Below are positions 40,851 to 50,297 of a DNA stretch of 64,000 nucleotides, one piece after another. A program made the translations under genes and the position numbers. This DNA is from Candidatus Thorarchaeota archaeon (GTDB taxonomy: Archaea > Asgardarchaeota > Thorarchaeia > Thorarchaeales > Thorarchaeaceae): positions 1-64,000 of the forward strand of contig RDNZ01000006.1 of the NCBI GenBank assembly GCA_011364905.1, given 5' to 3'. Position 1 is the first letter of the stretch. Each line of letters opens with the position of its first letter. Below the pieces are notes generated by a model that saw only the letters and a program-made list of their open reading frames with translations, was not told where the DNA came from and did no database searches.

Positions 40851-41171
40851 TCAGTCAAGTTTGGTGCCAAGTAGGTGTTTGAAGGCTGCAGGCTCATTAT
40901 CCTCAGAGATAGGACGAATCCGATAATCGGGATATCTATGACTCAACTGCGCGGCTGCCCGAGTGCCCATGAGTTTCTTAAAGATGTCAGCCCCCTTTCC
41001 TCTCCATAAATAGACGGTCTTGTTTTCATGAACTATAAAGACAAGTACCTGGTTTGTGTCGACTTCTACAACAGTGGCTTGTGATTTAGTCATCTTGGCC
41101 TCTGAATCGATTTCGAACGCTTCAACCATTTCTTTAGCCTCAAGCTGCATCATCAATTCATGCAGACCCAC
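40851..41171 (-). CDS. Single-domain gelsolin-like protein
   Basis: VLVFIV..KTVYLWRGKGA...K..G...A..L ... ISEDNEPAAFKHLL matches the gelsolin-repeat pattern. Confidence 0.8.
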   Translation of the reverse strand: MGLHELMMQLEAKEMVEAFEIDSEAKMTKSQATVVEVDTNQVLVFIVHENKTVYLWRGKGADIFKKLMGTRAAAQLSHRYPDYRIRPISEDNEPAAFKHLLGTKLD

Positions 41172-41303
41172 TTATGAGGGTTTTTCAGTGAAAATCAAAG
41201 GTCCGACATATCGTTAAATATGCACTCTGAGATTGGAAGTTGCTCAAAAGGATGAAATTTGTTCCCTTAAAGAGAAGAGATCACACAAAGAGTACATCGC
41301 GAT

Positions 41304-42044
41304 GTGAGTCTGTTGCCAGAAAAGAGACAATCAACAATCAAGTTTATTGATCGTCATATGCGTAAGATTGACATTAACCTAGGCGGACTCGATATTTCTT
41401 TTCCATTGAATGCAATCCCAGATATTCTCTATGAAGCATTGGTGAACACTCTTGAGGGAGCCAGAGATACAGAAGAAAAGGTTCGTAGGTTGTACGAATC
41501 CACTCTTATGAAACCCACAATCTCCACGCAGAATGCAATGGGGATTTTCCCAATAAACGCAGCCAAAAAGATTGTTCGACTGACGCTAACAGATGAGGCA
41601 CTCGAGGAAAAAATTCTAGAACTTGAGGGAGCTGAGCTATCATTCCAAGGCAGACCTTTCTCTGAAACTGTAGATGAACGCATTGAGCTCTATCAAGATG
41701 TTATGTTAGACGACAAGAAAATAGACAGATACCGTTTTGGTTGTGCCGAGATGTACGGAGACGTGACCTACCAAAATATACTTCGCGATCCCAGAGTCAG
41801 TCTAAGCTTCTTCTGGGTACAATCCGATGAACCTCAGAACCAGAGCTATCAAATCAATTGCATTGCAGAAGTAGTGCCTCCTGGAGACCCCTTCTTCAGA
41901 TATATGCGAATCATGAGGCGTCTTTTTAGCTCCAAGCTTCTTGATCTTCGAGGAACGGAGGATTATGTCTGTGCGTACAAGTTCTGGGTGTGTGAAACAA
42001 AGGAAAAGTCTCTGACAGAGAAAGCAGGGTATTCCCGACTTTGA
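41304..42044 (+). CDS. Pyridoxamine 5'-phosphate oxidase-like (split barrel) protein
   Basis: TYQNILRDPRVSLSF...SYQINC motif. Confidence 0.55.
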   Translation: MSLLPEKRQSTIKFIDRHMRKIDINLGGLDISFPLNAIPDILYEALVNTLEGARDTEEKVRRLYESTLMKPTISTQNAMGIFPINAAKKIVRLTLTDEALEEKILELEGAELSFQGRPFSETVDERIELYQDVMLDDKKIDRYRFGCAEMYGDVTYQNILRDPRVSLSFFWVQSDEPQNQSYQINCIAEVVPPGDPFFRYMRIMRRLFSSKLLDLRGTEDYVCAYKFWVCETKEKSLTEKAGYSRL

Positions 42045-44597
42045 TCAGTAGTTTGTGACCCTCAATAGTTTCTCCGGTAGTTCCTCAATGGAAGCGATAT
42101 CTAAGACCACTCCATGAGCATGCTTGGCTAGGGCATCGGCGGCTTGAGGATTATAGGAAGATTTTGGAACGATTATAATCATCTTAATCCCTAATGGCTT
42201 CATTCGCTCAGCAAGTTGTTCGCATATAGCTTGATCACTCAAATACATGTCAGTTGAGAAGATGAAGACTTTTTCTTTCGCACGAGTGTCCTCAAAATTC
42301 TGAAGAGCCAGTTTCATTGACTCTGCGCCACCCGTTCCACCTCCAGCTCTCGCTTCCAGGAGATCAGCGGCAACCTTGTCTACTGAAACATTCTTTTCCG
42401 ACATGGTCTTGACAACATGAGTGACGCTGTCGAAGAGAACAACCCCAAAATCGTCACGTTTGATTCCATAGAGTCCGGCCATCACCGAAATTGCTAACAT
42501 ACCCAGTTTCTCAGCTGAGTTCATGGAGCCACTCTTGTCCAATGCCCAGTAGAAAGCACGGTGTCCTTGATATGTTTCAGTCACCAAGAAGTCGGAGTCC
42601 TCGATCATCTTGAAGTTTGTCTGCCCTTGAGACATCAAAGACTCAATGGTCTCTTCGAGGTCTATAAGATCAAAGTCATCCCCTATCCTGAAAGGCCTGA
42701 CTGTTGTCGACTCTAAGAGACCGCCCAGCATGCTACTGCCCATTGTTTGTCTGGCATATCTCATCCCCAAGTCTATCAAAAGACGCCTTGCGATCTCTCT
42801 GAGTTTCTTTTTGAGCTCATCTGGCAACTGGTCTCTGTATGCATACCAAATGCGGATGATGTTGGTTGCAGGACCGCCTAAAAGTCCCCCAAATGCCATT
42901 TCGGCACGATTCTTATCATAGGGCTGAGACCCCGTTCCTCCCCCAGGTCCAGTGCCAGATCCATATCTTTGGGCACCATAACCTCGACTTCCAGTTCCCA
43001 ATGCCGCATGAAGGTCTTCGTGAGCAATTGCACCAAGTGCGCTTTGATTTCCCTTCTCTGCGGCTATATCAGCAAGTTGCCGCAATTGCTGACCAGAAAG
43101 ACCAGCTGCAGAAACAAGATTGTGAAGACGATCAAAATCTGACACGCCCGCCTCAATCAGTTTCTTGATGACATCATATGAGGGATTCAGGAGTTCAAGG
43201 ATTTCTGCCTCTGACATCCCAAGACGATCTCCTGCTTTTCTAATCGATTCTTTTGAGGGCACTTGACCCATTCGAGAGAGTTGCTTGACAGTGTTTCGAA
43301 GATGCGTCTTAGTAGGAGATGTGTCGCATGCGGCATCAGCAAGCTTTTGCATGGCTTTGCCCCATTCCTTTTTTGTATGGTTGGTTGAAAGCTCAGAACT
43401 CATTCCCATCCCTTGAGATACTGACGATCTCAAGAAATCAGAAGGGGAGGATCTTGCTTTGGCGTCCTGAATCGTTGACTCAGTTTGTTTCTCAAGAAGA
43501 CTGTCCCAACTCTGATTGTCACGAGCAGAGTCCGCCAATTGTCGCATGTCTACATTGTTGTGTCCGCCGTTGTCATATTCCGCATCGTAGGCCTTGAGAA
43601 GGTCCTCCATTATGTCTTGACCTGTATGCTTCTTGATTTTCTCAGCAAAAGCAGCAGAGTCACTGAGAGAGTATCTAGTTGCTGCGTCCTGAATATGCTT
43701 TTCCAGATTATCAGGCACACGTCCCAGCTCAGCTGCGTAGTCTGTAACCTCGCTAAGGTCAGAGAGATTATCTTGTAGAGTTTGGTCCAAAGATTCCCTA
43801 GTCTTCTCATCAAGAGTTCCCATTTCTTCCATATGTTTCAGAGCTCGCGCGGCAGTGCTCGGATCTCTACGTGCTAAGTCCGAAAATGATTGCTCAATGT
43901 CTTTGTCGCCGCGAAGAGCTTTTCCTGCCAACTGCTCTGCGGCGTTTGGCAACTCGCAGACTTCATCCAACACCTGAAGGGTCTGAGAATTCTTCAGGTC
44001 TTGGGAAGTGAGCGCACCAGCTTTATCAAGAAGTTTAGAGCTAGCATTATCCATAAGCTCCTGGTTGCTCGTGATACCGCGAAGCACGATATCCCCATCT
44101 GTCAAGTAATCTGTCGCAGCCTCGTATAACTGCTGGTCTCCATTCTTGTGAAGTTCTTGTAAGTAGTCGTAACCAGCTTTCACCTTCTCTTTCTTTATGA
44201 CCTTCGCGAGCTCTTGTTCTCGTCGAATCTGGTCCATCACCTTCTCTAAGGCGTCTTTCTGTTTCTTTGAGGCGTCAGCTGCAGCAGCTGCTTGTTCCTT
44301 TTCACTGGGTTTTGGCCGTTCTACTTTTTCTCGTCCAAGAAGAATGTCCTCTGCAATCTCCCTAGCAATATCCTGATCTGGCGGATATGTTGTGAAGACA
44401 GCCGCTTCGAGGAAGTCTTCAAGGGTCAGTTGTCCATTCCTGAAATATCTGGCAGAAAGGAGTTGTGGGATCGACTGTGTCTGCCGGACACTTGGCTTTT
44501 TGGCCACATCCCTTCTATTTCGCATCCGCTTGGTAAACTCGTAAGCAAAGGGAGGTGCATTACTAGGCACAGGAGTGACTCGAGGCTCAGTAGCCAT
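42045..44597 (-). CDS. VWA domain protein (MoxR partner)
   Basis: IDLEETIE, MIDAS DKSGS, GGT and STD; long helical N-terminus. Confidence 0.9.
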   Translation of the reverse strand: MATEPRVTPVPSNAPPFAYEFTKRMRNRRDVAKKPSVRQTQSIPQLLSARYFRNGQLTLEDFLEAAVFTTYPPDQDIAREIAEDILLGREKVERPKPSEKEQAAAAADASKKQKDALEKVMDQIRREQELAKVIKKEKVKAGYDYLQELHKNGDQQLYEAATDYLTDGDIVLRGITSNQELMDNASSKLLDKAGALTSQDLKNSQTLQVLDEVCELPNAAEQLAGKALRGDKDIEQSFSDLARRDPSTAARALKHMEEMGTLDEKTRESLDQTLQDNLSDLSEVTDYAAELGRVPDNLEKHIQDAATRYSLSDSAAFAEKIKKHTGQDIMEDLLKAYDAEYDNGGHNNVDMRQLADSARDNQSWDSLLEKQTESTIQDAKARSSPSDFLRSSVSQGMGMSSELSTNHTKKEWGKAMQKLADAACDTSPTKTHLRNTVKQLSRMGQVPSKESIRKAGDRLGMSEAEILELLNPSYDVIKKLIEAGVSDFDRLHNLVSAAGLSGQQLRQLADIAAEKGNQSALGAIAHEDLHAALGTGSRGYGAQRYGSGTGPGGGTGSQPYDKNRAEMAFGGLLGGPATNIIRIWYAYRDQLPDELKKKLREIARRLLIDLGMRYARQTMGSSMLGGLLESTTVRPFRIGDDFDLIDLEETIESLMSQGQTNFKMIEDSDFLVTETYQGHRAFYWALDKSGSMNSAEKLGMLAISVMAGLYGIKRDDFGVVLFDSVTHVVKTMSEKNVSVDKVAADLLEARAGGGTGGAESMKLALQNFEDTRAKEKVFIFSTDMYLSDQAICEQLAERMKPLGIKMIIIVPKSSYNPQAADALAKHAHGVVLDIASIEELPEKLLRVTNY

Positions 44598-44602
44598 TTC
44601 AG

Positions 44603-45508
44603 CTAGCTCCCCAGATTTCGTCGTACAATTGAGTTAACAGCTGGCTCGGGTTCTATCCCAGGTCTGAAGCGCAGTGCGCCAACCAACACATATGTTGCTG
44701 CTTTCGAGAGAGTGGAATGTGATATCGATGACTCCTTCATCCTTTTCGTCATTTGTGCCGCAAGCCTTGAGATTGATATCCCTGCCCGAATGCTAGCGGG
44801 GATCTCGATGTCGGTGTTGGCCCTAGTAGATGACACTAGACCATAGACCTTCTCGAGCACAGCATCACTTAACTTGTACTCAGGACAGTTCATCTTCACG
44901 ATTTCTATCTCGGTCTCCTTTCTCGGGTACCCGAGACGTATCCACACTCTAACACGGTCTCTCAGTGCCTCGCTTAGTCTGTGAGCTCCTGACATCTCCT
45001 CCGGGTTCATCGTCAAAACAGGATAGAATCCCTCGTTAGCTCGTATCCGACCCAGCCTCTGCACGCTGATGGAACGCTCTTCGAACGGGTCCAGTAAGGA
45101 GTTTTGCACAAACTCACTGAGACGATTCCCTTCATTGAGACCAAAGACTCCTCCGAAGACCATGCTTTTGAGCAGTGGTCCAGGTTCGAACGCCTCCAGC
45201 GTGAATCCTTTGTTAAGAACTATACTCGGATTGAACGCACCTACCAGATGTGAGGGTCGCACTCCTTCGTCCCCAGTGATCCAGTAGAGTTCCCTCTTGC
45301 TTCTCTCCGCATAGGCTCGCAAAAGAAGCGTTTTTCCGACGCCTGGAGGTCCTATTATGCCAGGTATCAGATTCGCGTTCTCACAGTCGGTGAGTACCCC
45401 AAACGCATCAGCGTATTGCTCTTTGATGACGATCCGGACCTTCTCCGAAGTGGCGGCCTTCAGTCGTTCATCAAAAGCCTCCTTGAAAAGAGTGTTCTCG
45501 TTCTGCAT
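44603..45508 (-). CDS. MoxR family AAA+ ATPase
   Basis: GPPGVGKT, GPLLKSM, NEGNR, TMNP and LSEALRDR motifs; start set at MQNEN. Confidence 0.9.
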   Translation of the reverse strand: MQNENTLFKEAFDERLKAATSEKVRIVIKEQYADAFGVLTDCENANLIPGIIGPPGVGKTLLLRAYAERSKRELYWITGDEGVRPSHLVGAFNPSIVLNKGFTLEAFEPGPLLKSMVFGGVFGLNEGNRLSEFVQNSLLDPFEERSISVQRLGRIRANEGFYPVLTMNPEEMSGAHRLSEALRDRVRVWIRLGYPRKETEIEIVKMNCPEYKLSDAVLEKVYGLVSSTRANTDIEIPASIRAGISISRLAAQMTKRMKESSISHSTLSKAATYVLVGALRFRPGIEPEPAVNSIVRRNLGS

Positions 45509-45694
45509 ACAACGCCCCCATTGTAACTGATAGGGAGTATGGATGTAGGGTATATAACCTGCTCCATTTTCTACTTTATGGAGAGATGAGTAGACCAAAA
45601 TTAGCGTGGTACGCTTCATTGTGAAGTCATTGATTCGAATATCTTATTAGAAACAGAGGATAGTAATGATTAGAGGTTAGCGGGAGTATACGTC

Positions 45695-45850
45695 ATGAGC
45701 GAAAGAAAAATCACACAGACAGCACATATTGAATTCACCGCTCCACGAGGATCCCTCTTCAATAATTCATTCTGTATATTATGCAGACTAGTTGGAGTGG
45801 TGCTTTTCATAATAGGGTGGGTCTATATCACATTGTTCCCAGTCACATGA
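45695..45850 (+). CDS. 51-aa tail-anchored membrane microprotein (not in the ORF track)
   Basis: GGGAG upstream; MSERKITQTAHIEFTAPRGSLFNNSFCILCRLVGVVLFIIGWVYITLFPVT fills the gap. Confidence 0.5.
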   Translation: MSERKITQTAHIEFTAPRGSLFNNSFCILCRLVGVVLFIIGWVYITLFPVT

Positions 45851-45857
45851 CCCGCTT

Positions 45858-46841
45858 CTACTTCTTGCCAAGTTCAGAATAAGTGAAGAGAGCTGGTTCT
45901 CCGCCAGTATGGTAAAACAGAGTTGGAGAGTCTGAAGCAATGTCGCCGGCAAGAGCCATCCTAATGAGAGCAAGTCCCGCTTTTCCCGTATACACTGGAT
46001 CGAGGAAGACACCATCCATCTTGGCAAACATCTCGATTGCACTTACCACGCCATCCTCAAGGACGCCGTACCCTTTGCCAATGAAGCTGTCATCCACATG
46101 AATCTTGGGTTCGAATGGCTCAATCTCGGGATAGGTCTCAGTTGTTCGCGTAATGAGATCTTGGACTTCATCCTTCATCTCATCAGCAGGTTTACTCACT
46201 GAAATGCCAATCACATCTATGCCGAGATTCAGCATATGTTCTCCTAGGATCAATCCTGCCAGAGTTCCTCCTGTGCCGACCGCAACGAGTATCCGGTCTG
46301 GAAAGAAATCATTAGCTTGAAACTGAGTGTTTAGCTCCTCCATTGCCAACGCATAGGGAACGATACCTACCGGCATAGCAGCTCCAGCTGGGATTGCATA
46401 TGGGGACAGACCGAAGTCAACAAGTGTCTCCATGATGGCATCAAGGCGTTTGCTCAAAGTGAAGACCGATTCATCTGGGAAAAACTTAATCTCTGCTCCA
46501 AGCATCTTATCAAGCAGGAGGTTACCAGTGTATTCCTCAGGCTCATCGCCCCCGAGGAGAAGGATGCACCTCATTCCTGCTACAGCTGCTGCTCCCGCTG
46601 TTTGTCGACAATGGTTGCTTTGAATCCCGCCAACAGTCACAAGTGTGTCACATTTGTTTGCCTTTGCATCTCCCAAGACGAATTCGAGTTTCCGTGTCTT
46701 ATTCCCTCCAAAGGAGAGTCCCGTTTGGTCATCACGCTTGATCCAAAGCTGATCAATCCCAATCGATTCTCCAAGATTCCTCAATTGGTGAAGTGGCGTT
46801 GGAAGAAATGCGATTCGCTCTCGAGGAAGGCTTTCAAACAT
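45858..46841 (-). CDS. D-cysteine desulfhydrase-like PLP enzyme
   Basis: KRDD, GGNKTRK, QSNH, DPVYTGK and HTGG motifs. Confidence 0.9.
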   Translation of the reverse strand: MFESLPRERIAFLPTPLHQLRNLGESIGIDQLWIKRDDQTGLSFGGNKTRKLEFVLGDAKANKCDTLVTVGGIQSNHCRQTAGAAAVAGMRCILLLGGDEPEEYTGNLLLDKMLGAEIKFFPDESVFTLSKRLDAIMETLVDFGLSPYAIPAGAAMPVGIVPYALAMEELNTQFQANDFFPDRILVAVGTGGTLAGLILGEHMLNLGIDVIGISVSKPADEMKDEVQDLITRTTETYPEIEPFEPKIHVDDSFIGKGYGVLEDGVVSAIEMFAKMDGVFLDPVYTGKAGLALIRMALAGDIASDSPTLFYHTGGEPALFTYSELGKK

Positions 46842-46843
46842 CG

Positions 46844-47512
46844 CTACCCGACTGCTCCTGTAATATATGAAACGATAACCATTAGAATCGCAGTCATAAT
46901 GCCAGCGAATAGGGTCTTGGCTCCATAAGACCAGATGTTCTTCTTTGATACGGAACCTAAGAAAAGACCAAGCGCAAAAAGCAGGGCAAGACAAATACCA
47001 ATGGCAAAGTAAAATGCCATTCGATATCCAAGAATTCCACTTGGCACAAAAAAGAGCGGAATGATGATGATAAATGCGGCAATTGCGGGAGATGAGCCAT
47101 CAATGAGGGCAACAACAACCGATGTCGTTTTCGAAGCTTTTGCATACATGGAATCACTCATGTCGCTCAGCATAGCTTTTCCAATTTCTTCGACCTCACG
47201 GTCACGTTCCGCACTCTCAGTTAAATACGATCCACTAAATCCTGAGATGGCCATGGCAATACTCGTCCCTGCTGCTGCCAGAAGTATTGCATCGAACTGA
47301 AGATGTGCCTGATCTGGTATGGCAGGGTTTATTGTTAAGAGGCCACCAAGAATGAGCCCCATCATTGTTAGAGCTCCATCAAACGCATTCATTGCAAGGT
47401 ACCTTCGAGCTATCTCAACACCCTGAGTTAGCTCAAGAGCTCTCATAATTCGCTGAACACGCCCACCTTCAAGGGTGGGGTATGTATGGTTGTCTTCGTC
47501 AGAATTGGACAC
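46844..47512 (-). CDS. VIT1/CCC1 family metal transporter
   Basis: RRY...AFDG and MAISG..GSYLTESAE motifs. Confidence 0.85.
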   Translation of the reverse strand: MSNSDEDNHTYPTLEGGRVQRIMRALELTQGVEIARRYLAMNAFDGALTMMGLILGGLLTINPAIPDQAHLQFDAILLAAAGTSIAMAISGFSGSYLTESAERDREVEEIGKAMLSDMSDSMYAKASKTTSVVVALIDGSSPAIAAFIIIIPLFFVPSGILGYRMAFYFAIGICLALLFALGLFLGSVSKKNIWSYGAKTLFAGIMTAILMVIVSYITGAVG

Positions 47513-47588
47513 CGAGTTCGTTGCTCCAGGAGTCAGATGTTTGGACTACTGATTGAGGCGTGTTATAAATCAATGCATTTGAGATTTT

Positions 47589-47777
47589 CTATGGAAATAG
47601 CCCAAAGAGTGCGAATCCGGGTAACATTAAGGCAAGTACAATCAATAACACGAACAGAAGAATCACGGCCAAAAGAATCCACATCCAGCATTCGCAACAT
47701 CGAGTACAACAACCTTTTTCCTTTGGTGGCGGTGGTTGCTGATAACCATAGTCTCCAGGCATCGGTATCTCAGTCAT
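47589..47777 (-). CDS. Pro/Cys-rich single-TM microprotein (CYSTM-like)
   Basis: MTEIPMPGDYGYQQPPPPKEKGCCTRCCECWMW followed by a TM. Confidence 0.7.
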   Translation of the reverse strand: MTEIPMPGDYGYQQPPPPKEKGCCTRCCECWMWILLAVILLFVLLIVLALMLPGFALFGLFP

Positions 47778-47932
47778 ATTAATCACAACGGGGATAGTCA
47801 AGTGCTGGCAGACTGGAAATTTCCCCCTATGAATCTTACCTGCTTGTAGCCGTAGAGGTTTTAAGGGCTCAAACAGAAGGGGTGACGTGAATTGAGCCAG
47901 ACTCATGGTCGCGCTTATAGGGGTCAGATGTT

Positions 47933-49414
47933 TTGACTGGAGAAAACAGAATCTACACCATTTTGGACAGGCCTTGGGGACTTCGCATGATTGGTGTTAC
48001 CCAGATGACTTTTGGAGTATTTGGTCTGTTTGCATCTATTGGAATTTTCCTTGGAACTTTCTTTGGTGCCTTGGGCTCAATAGGATACGTCTATGGTATG
48101 CTCCTTTTTGGAGGGGTAGCATTTCCATGCCTTGTTATTGGTAATTATGTGGATGACTTAAGAAGAAGAGCGGTAGCTGCGCAAATAGTCTATAGTCTTA
48201 TTGCTGTAGTCCTAAGTGGCTATTTTCTGTACGTCCAGGGAATTTCCTATTATTGGGGTTTTCCGATTTTCGGCAATCCTGACTTTGGGATTGCCATAGG
48301 TAACATTGCCGCTTTCATAGTTGCATCACAGTCATTAATCATTCTCTATCTACTTGCCCGTTGGAAGGCAGTAGCGCCTCCGCCTGGAGCATCGGTTGAA
48401 AGAGATAAAACACGAGCCAGGTTGCTGAGATCGACTCATGTACCATCACCCCTAGAGCCAGCTCTTTTGGCACCTGATGGCAGCACATTGTCTCCAGATG
48501 AGGAGCAGAAGATCCTCGGCGTGACAAAAGTGGTCACGGAGGAAGGAATGGCTATCCTCTGCTCTAACTGCAATGGCGCAACTCCTCTCTCAAAGGTTGG
48601 AGAGGATAATACACTGCATTGTGATTTTTGTGGAGTTCTCCTTGGCGTGAGTAGTGTATTCGTTCCCTGTGAGAATCACAAGGAGTATTTGGCTGCGACA
48701 ACCTGCAATGTGTGCGGGAAACACTTTTGCAGACAGTGCCTAACTGTGCAAGAGCCTCCAGTCGATGAAAGATGGGAGGGCTCCGCGGTCTATCTCTGCA
48801 AGAAATGCTTTGAAGGTCGTTATCGTCCAGCTGTCACCACTGCATCACTTGTGATACCGATTGACCAACTATTCTCAACCGCAGGCAGTAGATTCTCAAG
48901 AGTCGGACAGCTGTACCGTAGCTTCTTGGGAGCTTACGCAAGTGGCATGAAGTATCTCTGGAGAGTCCCCCTCGAACTACTCGCAAGTATTGGGAAGTCG
49001 GGTGGCGGAAACAACGATAACTGCGCAGGGGCTTTGATTTTGATGGTCATCGTCATCATCGCGATACCTATCCTTGCAGGGATACTGATGATTTTGGGTG
49101 CCATTATTATTATCCCGATCCTCTTCTATGCTGGTCTAATTGCGGTGACAGTCGAAGCGGCAAAGATAGTCAGTGGCACGGACTTTCAGTCTGTTGACAA
49201 TGCTCGTGTTAGAGCAATTCATGATCACCGTCATCCGAAGGTCACTGAGTCGAAGCTACGACCCTCTGTACGAGTATGGGAGGATGAATACAGAAGAGCC
49301 TCTAGTGAACATCGGCGGCTAATAAGAGGAATCGAGGCTGAAAAACGCGAACATGAGAGAAGAAGGCGCTCACGGGAGCCATCTGCATCTTTCTGGAGAG
49401 ATGAGTATGACTGA
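47933..49414 (+). CDS. Membrane protein with Zn ribbon and B-box-type zinc finger
   Basis: About 4 TMs, CSNC..CDFC, CENH-x8-CNVC-x4-CRQC...CKKC, further TMs. Confidence 0.8.
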   Translation: MTGENRIYTILDRPWGLRMIGVTQMTFGVFGLFASIGIFLGTFFGALGSIGYVYGMLLFGGVAFPCLVIGNYVDDLRRRAVAAQIVYSLIAVVLSGYFLYVQGISYYWGFPIFGNPDFGIAIGNIAAFIVASQSLIILYLLARWKAVAPPPGASVERDKTRARLLRSTHVPSPLEPALLAPDGSTLSPDEEQKILGVTKVVTEEGMAILCSNCNGATPLSKVGEDNTLHCDFCGVLLGVSSVFVPCENHKEYLAATTCNVCGKHFCRQCLTVQEPPVDERWEGSAVYLCKKCFEGRYRPAVTTASLVIPIDQLFSTAGSRFSRVGQLYRSFLGAYASGMKYLWRVPLELLASIGKSGGGNNDNCAGALILMVIVIIAIPILAGILMILGAIIIIPILFYAGLIAVTVEAAKIVSGTDFQSVDNARVRAIHDHRHPKVTESKLRPSVRVWEDEYRRASSEHRRLIRGIEAEKREHERRRRSREPSASFWRDEYD

Positions 49415-50270
49415 AGCTGGGCAAGAACAGATTATGTGTCCAGTCTGCGGCGGTCCGGTCATTATTGACAATAAAGACAAGGTCAATCGTTGCCAGTACT
49501 GTGCAAGCCCTGTCCTTGGTCCCAGTCAGAGTCGAGACTGCGTTAATCATCCAGGAGTATTGGCAAAAGAGGTCTGTCATGTCTGTGGAGACCTTGTCTG
49601 CGAGAAATGCATGCAAAAACGTGTGGGAGAGTACGGCGGTAAGCTCTTGACCATTGTCAACTGCCAAAAACCGTCCTGCATCGCTGAGAGTGAGTGGGCC
49701 AAACCACTCAATGAAGAGTATCAGAAACTTGCCAATATGGATTGGGCGGACAGGATTGACAATATCATCCTTCGAATCACAGGCTTCGGTGCGATAGTCA
49801 TGATGGTCTTTGAGCTGCTGTTCTTTCTAGGGGTCTTGTACTTTCAATACTTCACACCCTGGAGCATGCCAGAAGTCAGACTTGTTCTCGGCTCATCTTT
49901 TGTAGTTGGACCATTCCTCATGATTCCTGTGTCGATTTTGGTGTTCTGTATTTTCGGAAACCTACTCGCAGCTATATTACTTCAATCAGCTTTGCAGGTG
50001 TATGTCCCTGATCGCCAGCTTGGTGCAGGTGTAACGCTCCTGGTGATTCTCATAATCGAGGTCGCTCACCTTCTCTTCCGAGGGCTATTCTTTGGTTTAT
50101 TGACCCTTCCCAATCCCTACTTCTTGCCCCTCATGATTGGCGCATTCCTATTTGGCACCGTTCTGGTCTTCATAGGTTCACTCATGGCTATCTATGTGGG
50201 CAATAAGAAACGAATACAGCTGAAGAAAGCCAGAATCCAGTTGAATCTAACTCTCAAGAAAGGTACCTAG
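49401..50270 (+). CDS. Zn ribbon + B-box-type zinc finger membrane protein
   Basis: CPVC..CQYC, CVNH-x8-CHVC-x4-CEKC, then about 4 TMs. Confidence 0.8.
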   Translation: MSMTEAGQEQIMCPVCGGPVIIDNKDKVNRCQYCASPVLGPSQSRDCVNHPGVLAKEVCHVCGDLVCEKCMQKRVGEYGGKLLTIVNCQKPSCIAESEWAKPLNEEYQKLANMDWADRIDNIILRITGFGAIVMMVFELLFFLGVLYFQYFTPWSMPEVRLVLGSSFVVGPFLMIPVSILVFCIFGNLLAAILLQSALQVYVPDRQLGAGVTLLVILIIEVAHLLFRGLFFGLLTLPNPYFLPLMIGAFLFGTVLVFIGSLMAIYVGNKKRIQLKKARIQLNLTLKKGT

Positions 50271-50297
50271 TTCCGTCATATGGATACTTGCGTTAAA

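Noticed and set aside
45858-46841. ACC deaminase
   Set aside because: Has DPVYTGK and HTGG rather than the Glu and Leu diagnostic of true ACC deaminases.
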